From contig CAXXWC010000018.1 in NCBI GenBank assembly GCA_963668645.2, forward strand, positions 480,001 through 544,000: a stretch of DNA of 64,000 bases. The letters run 5' to 3'. The notes under the pieces are model-generated. The model was given only the letters and a program-made list of their open reading frames with translations. It made no database searches and was not told the origin of the DNA. The position numbers and the translations under genes were made by a program. Each line of letters starts with the position of its first letter. Within the stretch, counting starts at the first letter, position 1. The stretch comes from Desulfobacterales bacterium. GTDB taxonomy: Bacteria > Desulfobacterota > Desulfobacteria > Desulfobacterales > UBA2174. Shown here in pieces: positions 20,167 to 29,144 of this stretch.

Positions 20167-21099
20167 CTAGACATTGCGGCTCAACGGGACAGCCGGCACC
20201 GGGGGCCTGTGGCGGTGGTTGATGCAAACGATGCCGGCGGCGATCAAGGCCAGGGCGGCCAGAAGATAAGGGGTCAACGGTTCATCCAGGATCAGGCCGC
20301 CGAGAAGCACGCCTGCGATGGGCATGATGAAAATGAAAACATGCAGGTTGACCGCCCCGTAGGTTTGCAGCAAACGGTTCCAGGCCACGAAACCGAAGGC
20401 GGCCACCACCAGGCTCTGGTAGACGAGCCCGGCCATCACCGGCCCGTCGATCCGCGTGACGGCCGGGGTATCAAAGATCGCGCTGAGCACCAGGGAGACC
20501 GGAATCGCCGCCAGCATCGGGTAGAAGACCACCTGGAAAGGGGAGAGGTCTTCCAGGAGCCGTTTGACCAGGATGCCGTTGCAGGCCCAGACAAGGGCTG
20601 CGGCCATGACGATCCACTCGCCCCCCCAAGATCCTGCCGCCCCGGCCGATCCGGGAAAGATGAGGCAGATGATGCCGGCGAACCCAAGCGCCAGACCGGC
20701 GATTTTGCGTGTGGTGATCCGTTCGCCGGGGATGAAGTAGTGCGCCAGGATCAGCAGGAAGAAAGGTTGCAGGTTCGCCATGAGCACCGCCCGTGAGGCC
20801 GGGGCTCGGCTCAAGCCGAGGTAGAAGAGCGTGAGTTGGACCGTGAAGGTGAAGCTGATCAGCCCCAGGCGGGGACGGTTCTCCGGCGGGACGGCAAAGG
20901 CCTGGCCCGTGGCTCTGGCCCAGATAAAGAGCGCACCTGCGGCTGCGGCAAAGCGCAATCCGGCCGTTGCAAAGATGCCCATGCCGGCAAGGGTGATCTT
21001 TACCGCCACCGTGTTGGCACCAAAAAGCACGCACAGCGCCGCGGCGGCCAGCGCCGCGCGCAATGGAAGCTCGGTGGTCACAGGGCGGGATAGGGGCAC
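20167..21099 (-). CDS. DMT/EamA family transporter
   Basis: About 10 hydrophobic segments, LRF, PGERIT, LILDEPL; start uncertain. Confidence 0.9.
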   Translation of the reverse strand: MPLSRPVTTELPLRAALAAAALCVLFGANTVAVKITLAGMGIFATAGLRFAAAAGALFIWARATGQAFAVPPENRPRLGLISFTFTVQLTLFYLGLSRAPASRAVLMANLQPFFLLILAHYFIPGERITTRKIAGLALGFAGIICLIFPGSAGAAGSWGGEWIVMAAALVWACNGILVKRLLEDLSPFQVVFYPMLAAIPVSLVLSAIFDTPAVTRIDGPVMAGLVYQSLVVAAFGFVAWNRLLQTYGAVNLHVFIFIMPIAGVLLGGLILDEPLTPYLLAALALIAAGIVCINHRHRPPVPAVPLSRNV

Positions 21100-21157
21100 G
21101 GATCGACTCCAGTAATAAATTGGTGGTGATTCAAGGATTTCAGATCGTAGCGACGCG

Positions 21158-21688
21158 TTACTTCAACAGATATTCCCAAAAAGCCGCCGCGTCGCGGGCG
21201 ACAAAGTCGATGCCGGTCCGGGCGGCCAGGTCCGGGTCGGCGGCAAAAACCGGGCCCCCGGCCACGATGCGGGTGGCGGCCGGAATCCCGCTTCGCACCT
21301 CGATCAGTGGCGCCTCGGTGTCGAACTGCAAGACGGTCAGCCCCAGCAGATCCGGGCGGTGCTGCCGGCACGCGGCGATGATTGCCTGTGCTGTCAGCAT
21401 GGTGCCCAGCGGCAGCAGGTGCAGGCCGGCGGCCTCGGCGAAGCGGTGAATGATCTCGAGGCCGTGGCCGAATCCGTCGTCCAGGGTGGCGGTGGCCATA
21501 AGCGGCGGACAGGGCCAGAGACCAACGATATTCCTGTCGCGGCGGAAGCGGTCGACTGCGGCGGCCGTCTCCAGAAGCGTTTGACGCGAGGGGCGCTCAG
21601 GGCCGCGCAATTTTTCCAGGTGCCTTCGGATTTCAGCGCGCAGTGCTTTTTCGCTATGCAGGTAAGTTTCCACGTCGACTCCTGTCAA
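21158..21688 (-). CDS. Cobalamin-binding-domain-like protein with non-canonical loop
   Basis: ATLDDGFGHGL, PDLLGLT, IVAGGP fit the B12-binding Rossmann pattern; canonical DxHxxG absent; start uncertain. Confidence 0.65.
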   Translation of the reverse strand: MTGVDVETYLHSEKALRAEIRRHLEKLRGPERPSRQTLLETAAAVDRFRRDRNIVGLWPCPPLMATATLDDGFGHGLEIIHRFAEAAGLHLLPLGTMLTAQAIIAACRQHRPDLLGLTVLQFDTEAPLIEVRSGIPAATRIVAGGPVFAADPDLAARTGIDFVARDAAAFWEYLLK

Positions 21689-21705
21689 ATGGCCGGCATC
21701 GGCGC

Positions 21706-22497
21706 CTATGCGGGCAGGGCCGCAATGAAGCCGGAAACGGCAGTCATCCAGGCCTGGGGCGCTTCATTGTGGGGGGTGTGGCCGCAACCGGGCAGGATCA
21801 GGCAATCGGCCGGACCGTTGACCGCATTGACGATGCCTTCCACCTGAGCCCGTTCGCCGTATGAATCCGCCGCGCCCTGGATCGCCAGCACCGGACAGGT
21901 CACCTGCCGTATTTCGGCTTCGATGGACCAGCGGCGAAACCAGGGGGCCAGCCAGGTATCGGCCCAGGCTCGGAACACCGCATCGGTTTTAGCGCCGTGA
22001 TACTGGTTCAGCGCCTGGCGCAGGTTCCCCTTCTCATAGGCCGTCACGGCTTTGCGGATGCCTGCCAGGGTGGTTTCGTCCACGAAGATGTGGGCCGCCT
22101 CGGTGGCGATGGCGCTGCAGCGTTCCGGAAATCTGGCGCCGCAGAGCAGGGCGATGGACCCCCCGTCGCTGTGGCCGATCAGCACGGCTTTTTCGATTCC
22201 AAGTGCGTCCAGAAAAGCCGGCAGATGAATATGGGCTTCGTGGTGCAGATACCGGATGTCCCGCGGCGTGGTGCACGGGCTGCTGCGGCCGTAGCCGCGA
22301 CGGTCATAGACAATGGTTTGCCGTCCGGTGGCCGCGGCCAGGGCGGCCGGCCGGTCGCGCCAAAACTCGATGCACCCGAGCCCTTCATGGAGCAGCACCA
22401 GGGGGGCACCGCTTCCTGACACAGCCGGAAGGTGAATTTGAACCCGGAGGCGGCAGCCTTCCACTTGCAGCCACTGTTCTTGGAACGTGTTCGGCAT
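21706..22497 (-). CDS. Alpha/beta fold hydrolase
   Basis: LLHEGLG, YDRRGYGRS, GHSDGG nucleophile elbow, GHTPH. Confidence 0.92.
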   Translation of the reverse strand: MPNTFQEQWLQVEGCRLRVQIHLPAVSGSGAPLVLLHEGLGCIEFWRDRPAALAAATGRQTIVYDRRGYGRSSPCTTPRDIRYLHHEAHIHLPAFLDALGIEKAVLIGHSDGGSIALLCGARFPERCSAIATEAAHIFVDETTLAGIRKAVTAYEKGNLRQALNQYHGAKTDAVFRAWADTWLAPWFRRWSIEAEIRQVTCPVLAIQGAADSYGERAQVEGIVNAVNGPADCLILPGCGHTPHNEAPQAWMTAVSGFIAALPA

Positions 22498-22587
22498 CTG
22501 ACCTGTAAGGAAAGGTTTGTTTTTTCCGATACCCCGGCGGCCCCAGCTCTCTGTACCCGGGTAGCGCCAGGCACCTTGGCAGCCGGA

Positions 22588-23694
22588 TCAGCTTTCAATG
22601 AATCCTTCAAAGGCCGCAAGGGCCTCGGGCAGGCCGCGGCGACCGAAGCCGATGCGGAAGTGATTGCCCGGGTGGTTGTAAACCGTGCCGGGAAGCAGCA
22701 AGACCCCTGCCTGGGAGATCAGGCACCGGCAGAAGTCGGCCGCATCCTCTTGTTTGAGCCTTGGAAAGGCGATGGGACCGGCCCGGGGCCGCACCCAGGC
22801 GAAGCGGTCGGTGTGGCGCGCGAAAAAGCCGTCCAGCAGACTCAAATTGGCGCGGATGGTGGACAGGCTGCGGGCCGCCAGGACTTCACGGTGCCGCAAA
22901 GCCAGCGACGCGAGAAACTCGCTCGGGGCGCTGTTGCAGATGGTGGTGTAATCCTTGAGCGACGCCATGCGCCGGTAAAGGTCCGCGTTGCGGGTGGCGA
23001 TCCAGCCGATGCGAAGACCTGCAAGGCCGTATGTCTTGGAAAGCACGCCCAGCGAAACGGACCGTTCGTCCAGGTCGCAGGCTGCCGGCAGGCGCAGAGC
23101 CGGATCGTATTCCGATTCGCGGTAAACCTCATCGGAAAAAAGAATCAACCCGCGGTCGCGAACGATTTCGATCAGTGCCCCCTGGTCGGCGGCGGACATG
23201 AGATAGCCGGTAGGGTTGTGCGGCGTGTTGACCACCACGACCCGGGTCTCGGGGCGGATGAGGGCTTTCAATTCATCCGGATCCAAGGCCCAACCGTTTT
23301 CCTCCCTGGATTGCCAGAAGGTTACGTCGCAGCCGAGACTGCGGGCCACTTCGAAGAGCGACTGGTAGCAGGGCCAATGGACGATAACATGGTCTCCGGG
23401 GTGTAGTGCGGCCTGCATAAAAAGGAATATGGCCTCTTCGGCACCGGTGTGGACCAGTATCCGGCCGGCATCAACGGTGGCATAGATCCGGGCGATTTCT
23501 CGACGCAGGGCTGGATGCCCGGGCGCTTCAGTGTAGCCGAGCCAGCAGTTTTGGAACGCCTCGGCGGCATCGGCTTCCAGACCGAGCAGTTCGCCGATGG
23601 TCATCGCCTCGCAGTCCGAGGCGCACGCTAGATGGCGTACGGCGAACTCGTAGCGGGCAAAGTAGCGTTCCAGTTGAAAAGGCGGCAGGTTCAT
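22588..23694 (-). CDS. PLP-dependent aminotransferase class I/II
   Basis: NTPHNPTG, SDEVY, LSKTYGLAGLRIGW, FRIGF. Confidence 0.93.
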   Translation of the reverse strand: MNLPPFQLERYFARYEFAVRHLACASDCEAMTIGELLGLEADAAEAFQNCWLGYTEAPGHPALRREIARIYATVDAGRILVHTGAEEAIFLFMQAALHPGDHVIVHWPCYQSLFEVARSLGCDVTFWQSREENGWALDPDELKALIRPETRVVVVNTPHNPTGYLMSAADQGALIEIVRDRGLILFSDEVYRESEYDPALRLPAACDLDERSVSLGVLSKTYGLAGLRIGWIATRNADLYRRMASLKDYTTICNSAPSEFLASLALRHREVLAARSLSTIRANLSLLDGFFARHTDRFAWVRPRAGPIAFPRLKQEDAADFCRCLISQAGVLLLPGTVYNHPGNHFRIGFGRRGLPEALAAFEGFIES

Positions 23695-23759
23695 CGGGTC
23701 GAGACGATATCCGATGACGGCGGTAAAGACAAGTGGTGCGCCGAACGGACTTCATTATC

Positions 23760-23805
23760 TGGTCTGTCAAAAAACACTTGACAGATTTCAACTGGTATGA
23801 CACCA
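23760..23805. promoter_or_regulatory. Divergent promoter/operator region with GntR(FadR)-like boxes
   Basis: Inverted repeat TCTGTCAA-N7-TTGACAGA (23763-23785) containing TTGACA; TGGTCTGTCA (23760) and TGGTATGACA (23793) resemble the TGGT-N3-ACCA box. Confidence 0.5.
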
Positions 23806-23850
23806 GACGTTATACCGTTCAATCCAGTTCGAAAAATGAAAGGAACACCG

Positions 23851-24645
23851 ATGGGAGGCTTTCGTTCCCTGAAAAAGCCCTTGCTTTCCCAGGAGGTCGA
23901 GAAGGCCATCAAACGGTCGATTCACGACGAAGTCTTCAAGCCGGGGGAAAAAATCCCCTCCGAGCGCGAATTGGTCGAACAGTTCCAGGTCAGCCGGGTG
24001 ACGATCCGTGAGGCCTTGCGCAACCTTCAGCGCAGCGGCCTGATCACGATCCGGCGCGGAGTCCGGGCCGGCGCATACGTTTCCGAGCTTACCTCAGATC
24101 CCATCACCGAGAATTTCCAGAATCTGATCCGTTTGGGGCGTATCGACTATTCGCATCTTATCGACGCGCGGCTTTACATCGAGCCGCGCGCCGCCGGAAT
24201 GGCCGCCAGGTATCGCAGCGATAAGGATGTGCGGCAACTCAAGAACCTTCTCGATCAGGCCGAGGCCCTCTCCGATAAGGATCGTAAACGCTCGCGCATA
24301 ACCAATGTCTCATTTCACTGCGAAGTGGCACGCATCACCAAGAATCCGATCATCGTCTTCATCACCGAGTCCATCACCCAGTCCTATTCGGCCATGATCA
24401 TCGAGACGACAAGCGACCAGCTCAATCGAGAGGATGTTCAGAAATTTATCCATGAGCATCAAGATATCCTGGATGCCATCATCAAGCAAAAGAGCGGAGA
24501 GGCATACGAAAAAACCCGCCGCCATCTGATCGAGACCTACCTGACCTACTCGAGAGTCGCCGGTGCAGGGCTCGAGAACAATATCGACCGTCGAATTCGA
24601 CAAGACTGCGAAATTTATTCGCATCTGGGCGGTCGGCCACTGTAA
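23851..24645 (+). CDS. GntR family regulator, FadR subfamily (HTH plus FCD)
   Basis: PGEKIPSERELVEQFQVSRVTIREAL; AR..IE, FH, N, EH..I FCD motifs. Confidence 0.93.
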   Translation: MGGFRSLKKPLLSQEVEKAIKRSIHDEVFKPGEKIPSERELVEQFQVSRVTIREALRNLQRSGLITIRRGVRAGAYVSELTSDPITENFQNLIRLGRIDYSHLIDARLYIEPRAAGMAARYRSDKDVRQLKNLLDQAEALSDKDRKRSRITNVSFHCEVARITKNPIIVFITESITQSYSAMIIETTSDQLNREDVQKFIHEHQDILDAIIKQKSGEAYEKTRRHLIETYLTYSRVAGAGLENNIDRRIRQDCEIYSHLGGRPL

Positions 24646-24665
24646 AAACCCAAAAGGGGGGGATT

Positions 24666-25085
24666 ATGCACATGCGAAGATGTCGATGGGTGTTGGGGCT
24701 GTTTGCAATGATCATGGTGGCAGGGTTGATCGGCGGATGTGCCACCGGCGGTAAACAGGCCGCCGATGCCGGTATTGCGCCCAACATCACCTATCAGGTG
24801 CCCCCGTCGGCCCAGCTGGCCAAGGTGGCTTATTTCCTCAAAGATTACAAAGGCGCAGAACGACTGCACATCGAACTGACCGTCAAAAACCTGGCCGATG
24901 TGGATAAGCGCTTCCGGGTTCACATTTTCCTGCCGGAAGGACCTGCAGGCGGCGGGTTCTACCCGAGGAAGGTCAAGGGCGACGTCAAGGGCATCAAACC
25001 CGGCGAGGAACTGACCCAGACCTTTCCCATGTACTACGACAAAATGCCCAGCGGCTTTAGCATCGTTGTCAAGGAACTCGGCTGA
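24666..25085 (+). CDS. Putative lipoprotein of unknown function
   Basis: Basic N-terminus, hydrophobic core, lipobox-like IGGC; beta-rich mature part; SD upstream. Confidence 0.7.
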   Translation: MHMRRCRWVLGLFAMIMVAGLIGGCATGGKQAADAGIAPNITYQVPPSAQLAKVAYFLKDYKGAERLHIELTVKNLADVDKRFRVHIFLPEGPAGGGFYPRKVKGDVKGIKPGEELTQTFPMYYDKMPSGFSIVVKELG

Positions 25086-25107
25086 TTATGACAGAAAGGA
25101 GGCTCTC

Positions 25108-26094
25108 ATGAAAAAGCATGCGCACACTAAGGTCGGGTTGGGAATCCTTGCGGCGCTTTTGATTCTCGTATGTCCCCAGAACGTTCCGGCCATGGAATTT
25201 CTCTCTTTCGGTACCGGTAGTCCGGCAGGCACCTATTATTTCATCGGGGCTGGTTTCTCTTCGATTATCAACAACCACGTCCCCGGGGTGCGGGTGGCGG
25301 CTGAATCCACCGCCGCTTCCACCGAAAACGCCCGCCTGCTCATCCGTGGAGAGATGGAACTCGGGCTGGCCTGCATGGGAACGTTGAAGGACCTCAAAGA
25401 CGAGGGGATGGATGTGGATCAGGTCCGTCTCGTCGCGGTAGGCCACACCAGCGATACCCATTGGATCGTACGCAAGGATTCGCCCATTAAGTCGATGGCC
25501 GATTTCAAGGGGCGGGTAATCGGCGTCGGACCGGCTGGCAGTGCAACTTTGAATCTTTATTCAAAGAAGCACCTCACCACCGGCTGGGGGCTGACTTTCG
25601 ATGATTTTACGCCTAAGTACATCTCCTTTAGCGAAGTGACCCGCGGTATCCGAGACAATACCATCGATGCGGGGCTGATCGCCGCCGGGGCCCCCCTGGC
25701 TTCGGTCATGGAATTGGCCCGGGATATTCCCATCCGCCTGATAGAAGTCGAACCGGAAGTGCTTAAGAAGCTCAGAGCCGAATACAGCAACGTGGTTCCG
25801 CTGGTCATTCCGGCCGGGACTTACGACGGGATCGATAAGGACGTGCATACCTACACCCTGCCCCAGATGTGGATATGCCGTACCGATTTGCCGGAGGATC
25901 TCGTCTACCAGATCATCAAGGCGGTCTATGAAAACGAGGAAGAAAAGGACGCCATTCACCCCCTGGCCAAGATGTACACCCTTAAGAACGCCTTCCGGGG
26001 AACGCCCGGAGTTCCGGTGGGATTTCACCCGGGGGCGATCAGATTCTACAAGGAAAAGGGCGTCTGGGACAAGCGCGCCCAATACTATGAGTAA
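25108..26094 (+). CDS. TAXI family TRAP transporter solute receptor
   Basis: GTGSPAGTYY, STAASTEN, GPAGS, IPAGTY, FHPGA motifs. Confidence 0.93.
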   Translation: MKKHAHTKVGLGILAALLILVCPQNVPAMEFLSFGTGSPAGTYYFIGAGFSSIINNHVPGVRVAAESTAASTENARLLIRGEMELGLACMGTLKDLKDEGMDVDQVRLVAVGHTSDTHWIVRKDSPIKSMADFKGRVIGVGPAGSATLNLYSKKHLTTGWGLTFDDFTPKYISFSEVTRGIRDNTIDAGLIAAGAPLASVMELARDIPIRLIEVEPEVLKKLRAEYSNVVPLVIPAGTYDGIDKDVHTYTLPQMWICRTDLPEDLVYQIIKAVYENEEEKDAIHPLAKMYTLKNAFRGTPGVPVGFHPGAIRFYKEKGVWDKRAQYYE

Positions 26095-26112
26095 TAACGG
26101 GTAGAGATGCAC

Positions 26113-26142
26113 CGGGTCCGGCCCCTGGCCGGACCCGTTTTT
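26113..26142 (+). terminator. Intrinsic terminator-like hairpin
   Basis: 11-bp perfect stem CGGGTCCGGCC-CCT-GGCCGGACCCG followed by TTTTT, just after the TAXI receptor stop. Confidence 0.75.
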
Positions 26143-26295
26143 CAGGGACTTTCCGGCCCGGGCGTTTTCCCGAGTCCTGCAGCGCCTGGAGTTCGGATCG
26201 GATTTTCAGAGTCCCTTTTTTCGACGCACTGATTGCAAGATCATTGCGGGCAAGCTTAAAAGGCAAGTCGCTTATCGGTTGTTAAAGGAGAAAAC

Positions 26296-26306
26296 TGGTC
26301 TGACCA
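26296..26306. promoter_or_regulatory. GntR/FadR-type operator
   Basis: TGGT-CTG-ACCA with AT-rich flanks, about 100 bp upstream of the TRAP permease. Confidence 0.6.
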
Positions 26307-26407
26307 TAGACCTCAAATTGTGTATCGACCTATTCGGGATCGTTTGACGCCTGAAATTTTTCAAACGGCCGTTCATTTGCGTCCATCGACGTTACCAGGG
26401 GATTGTT

Positions 26408-28306
26408 ATGGAGATTGTCAAAAAAACGGAAAAGCCTCCTGTTCCCATGCTCATTCGCATCATCGCGGTGGCCATGAGCCTCTTTCAGCTCTACACCGGG
26501 ATCTTCCAGCTCACGGCCATGAACCAGCGGGTCACCCACGTGACCTTCGCTCTGGTCTTGATCTTTCTTGCTTACGGTTTCGATCAGAAAAAAAAGACGC
26601 GCATCGCCTGGCACGGTTATCTGATGGCCTCCGTGGCCCTGGCAATGGGCATCTACGTGCTGACCACCTGGTTTACCAAGGTCGGCGCCTGCGGCATGCG
26701 TCCTCCCTGGCATGAACTGGCCCTGGGCACCGTTTTTTTGCTCTTTTGCATTGAGGCGGCCCGCCGTACCCTGGGCTGGATTTTTCCCATCATCGCCGTG
26801 GTGTCCATGATTTATGCCCGTTTCGGCGAGATCCTGCCCGGGATCCTGGCCCACCGCAACTACGCCTTCGAGCGTATCGTCGGCAACATGTTCATCACCA
26901 CCGACGGGGTCTTCGGCATGCTGGCGGGAATTTCGGCGACATACATCTTCCTGTTCATCCTTTTCGGGGCCATGCTCAGGGCCGCCGGCGGCGGAGAGTT
27001 CTTCATCAATCTTTCCTTCGCCCTTTTCGGCCATGTGCGCGGCGGTCCGGCCAAGATCGCCGTGGTGGCCTCTTCGCTTTTCGGGATGCTGTCGGGCAGC
27101 GGTACGGCCAACGTTGCCGGCACCGGGCAGATCACGATCCCCCTGATGAAGCGCAGCGGCTACAAGCCGCATTTCGCCGGCGCGGTGGAGACTGTCTCCA
27201 GTGCGGGCGGCCTTCTGATGCCGCCGATCATGGGCAGCGCGGTATTCATCATCATGGAGGTGCTGGGCGTCAATTACGTCACCATCATGAAGGCCGCCGG
27301 CCTGACAGCGGTATTGTATTACGTGGGGCTTTTTCTGATGATCGATATCGAGGCCCAGAAGATGGGGATGAAGGGCCTGCCCAAAGAGGAGCTGCCCAGC
27401 ATCAGGGATACCTTCAAGGAGGGCTGGTATTTCATTATTCCCATCTTCGTGTTGATTTTCTTTCTGGTCTACTCGAAGGTCTCGGTCACCCGGGCCGCCT
27501 TCTGGGCCACGGTCTCGATCCCGTTGTGCAGCCTGCTGGGCGGCAAGGCGCGGCGCATGACCTGGGCCAAGATCATTGAAGGGCTTGAGAGCGGAGCCCT
27601 GACGGCGCTGCCGGTGGTGGCGATCCTGTCTCTGGGTGGCGTGGTGCTGGGGATGATCACCCTGACCGGGTTAGGGTTGATGATGTCCGGTCTGCTGATC
27701 AAGATGAGCGGTGGCAACCTGCTGATCCTCCTGTTTTTGACCATGATCGCCTCGATCATTCTCGGCATGGGGGTCCCGCCGGTGGCCGCCTATATCGTGC
27801 TGGCCATCCTGGTGGTCCCGGCGCTGATCAAACTGGGGGTCTATCCCCTGGCCGCCCACCTTTTCGTTTTCTATTTTGCGACCATCGCCGGAATCACGCC
27901 GCCCATGGCCCCGGACGCCTTCGTGGCCGCCGGGATCGCCGAGGCGCCCATGATGCGCACGGCGTTTACCGCCTGCCGGCTGGCCATGGTGATCTTCATC
28001 ATTCCTTACATGTTCGTATACAACAACGCCCTTTTGCTCATCGGCAGTTTTGGCCAGATTTTGCAGGTTACCATCACGGCCTTTTTCGGGGTGACGGCCA
28101 TCGCCTGTGCGGCCCAGAATTACCTCGGCGGCCGGCTGCCGATATTGCTGCGGATTACACTTTTTCTCAGCGGCGGATGCCTGATCTACCCCGGACTGAA
28201 AACCGACTTGATCGGACTGGTGGTCCTGGCGGTGGTCTTTTCCGTTCGTGTGCCGGACACCCTGCGGCGCTACACCGTCGGACTGCTCGGCAGAGCCAAG
28301 GCCTAA
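26408..28306 (+). CDS. TRAP transporter fused 4TM/12TM permease
   Basis: EAARR, RGGPAKIAV, SGSGTANV, TIPLMKRSGY, MPPIMG, ITPP motifs. Confidence 0.95.
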   Translation: MEIVKKTEKPPVPMLIRIIAVAMSLFQLYTGIFQLTAMNQRVTHVTFALVLIFLAYGFDQKKKTRIAWHGYLMASVALAMGIYVLTTWFTKVGACGMRPPWHELALGTVFLLFCIEAARRTLGWIFPIIAVVSMIYARFGEILPGILAHRNYAFERIVGNMFITTDGVFGMLAGISATYIFLFILFGAMLRAAGGGEFFINLSFALFGHVRGGPAKIAVVASSLFGMLSGSGTANVAGTGQITIPLMKRSGYKPHFAGAVETVSSAGGLLMPPIMGSAVFIIMEVLGVNYVTIMKAAGLTAVLYYVGLFLMIDIEAQKMGMKGLPKEELPSIRDTFKEGWYFIIPIFVLIFFLVYSKVSVTRAAFWATVSIPLCSLLGGKARRMTWAKIIEGLESGALTALPVVAILSLGGVVLGMITLTGLGLMMSGLLIKMSGGNLLILLFLTMIASIILGMGVPPVAAYIVLAILVVPALIKLGVYPLAAHLFVFYFATIAGITPPMAPDAFVAAGIAEAPMMRTAFTACRLAMVIFIIPYMFVYNNALLLIGSFGQILQVTITAFFGVTAIACAAQNYLGGRLPILLRITLFLSGGCLIYPGLKTDLIGLVVLAVVFSVRVPDTLRRYTVGLLGRAKA

Positions 28307-28331
28307 CAGGGTGCTGTGAAAGGAGTTGCCA

Positions 28332-29144
28332 ATGAACGCTAAACCTATCGCCCGGATGACCTGGGAAGCTTTTCGCGACGCGGTGGACAACGATACGGTG
28401 GCGGTGATTCCCATGGGATCGGTGGAACTGGAAGGGTCCCACCTGCCCCTGGGGGTCGACACCATCGCCGTAGAGGCCCTGGCCCGGTCGCTGGTCGAAC
28501 TGCCCGGGGTGCTGGTCGGCCCCACCCTGCCGATCGGCTATTCCAAGTGGTTCATGCCGTTTCCCGGGACCATCACCCTGGAAACCGACACCCTCATCCG
28601 GGTCCTGCTCGAGTATGCCCGCAGCCTCATCGCCCACGGGATCCGGCGCCTGGTGTTTCTCAACGCCCACAAGGGCAACAACGCCTGTATCGAGTCGGCC
28701 GCCCGCACCCTCATCGCCGAAGACCGGGTCCAGGTGGCGATGCTCAGCGTCTGGAAACTGGCCCACGACCTGGCCGCGGTGGGGGAAAAGAGCGTCGCCG
28801 AGGGCCGTTTCACCCACGCCGGCGAGATCATGACCTCGGTGATGCTCGCCGCGGACCCCGACACGGTGGACAGGGCCAGGATGGCCCCCGGAACGGTCCG
28901 CTCGCCCGAGGGGTCGGCCTTCAGGGTCGTCAACTCACTGGGCGAGGCCGACTTCATGGGCTCGGTGCAGACGATTTACCAGGACATCCGACAGGTGACC
29001 GACAGCGGCATCCTGGGCGATCCCACGGCGGCCTCGGCCGAGAAGGGCGCGGCGATCCTTGAGACCATCGCCCGCTATGCCACGGCGTTCATCGCCGAGC
29101 TTCAAAAACTGCCCCTCGAACCAGCAGAACAGGAACGACCATGA
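28332..29144 (+). CDS. Creatininase/amidohydrolase family protein (atypical metal ligands)
   Basis: VIPMGSVELEGSHLPLGVD, FPGTI, NAHKGN, HAGEIMTS, SGILGDP..AS.EKG. Confidence 0.88.
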   Translation: MNAKPIARMTWEAFRDAVDNDTVAVIPMGSVELEGSHLPLGVDTIAVEALARSLVELPGVLVGPTLPIGYSKWFMPFPGTITLETDTLIRVLLEYARSLIAHGIRRLVFLNAHKGNNACIESAARTLIAEDRVQVAMLSVWKLAHDLAAVGEKSVAEGRFTHAGEIMTSVMLAADPDTVDRARMAPGTVRSPEGSAFRVVNSLGEADFMGSVQTIYQDIRQVTDSGILGDPTAASAEKGAAILETIARYATAFIAELQKLPLEPAEQERP

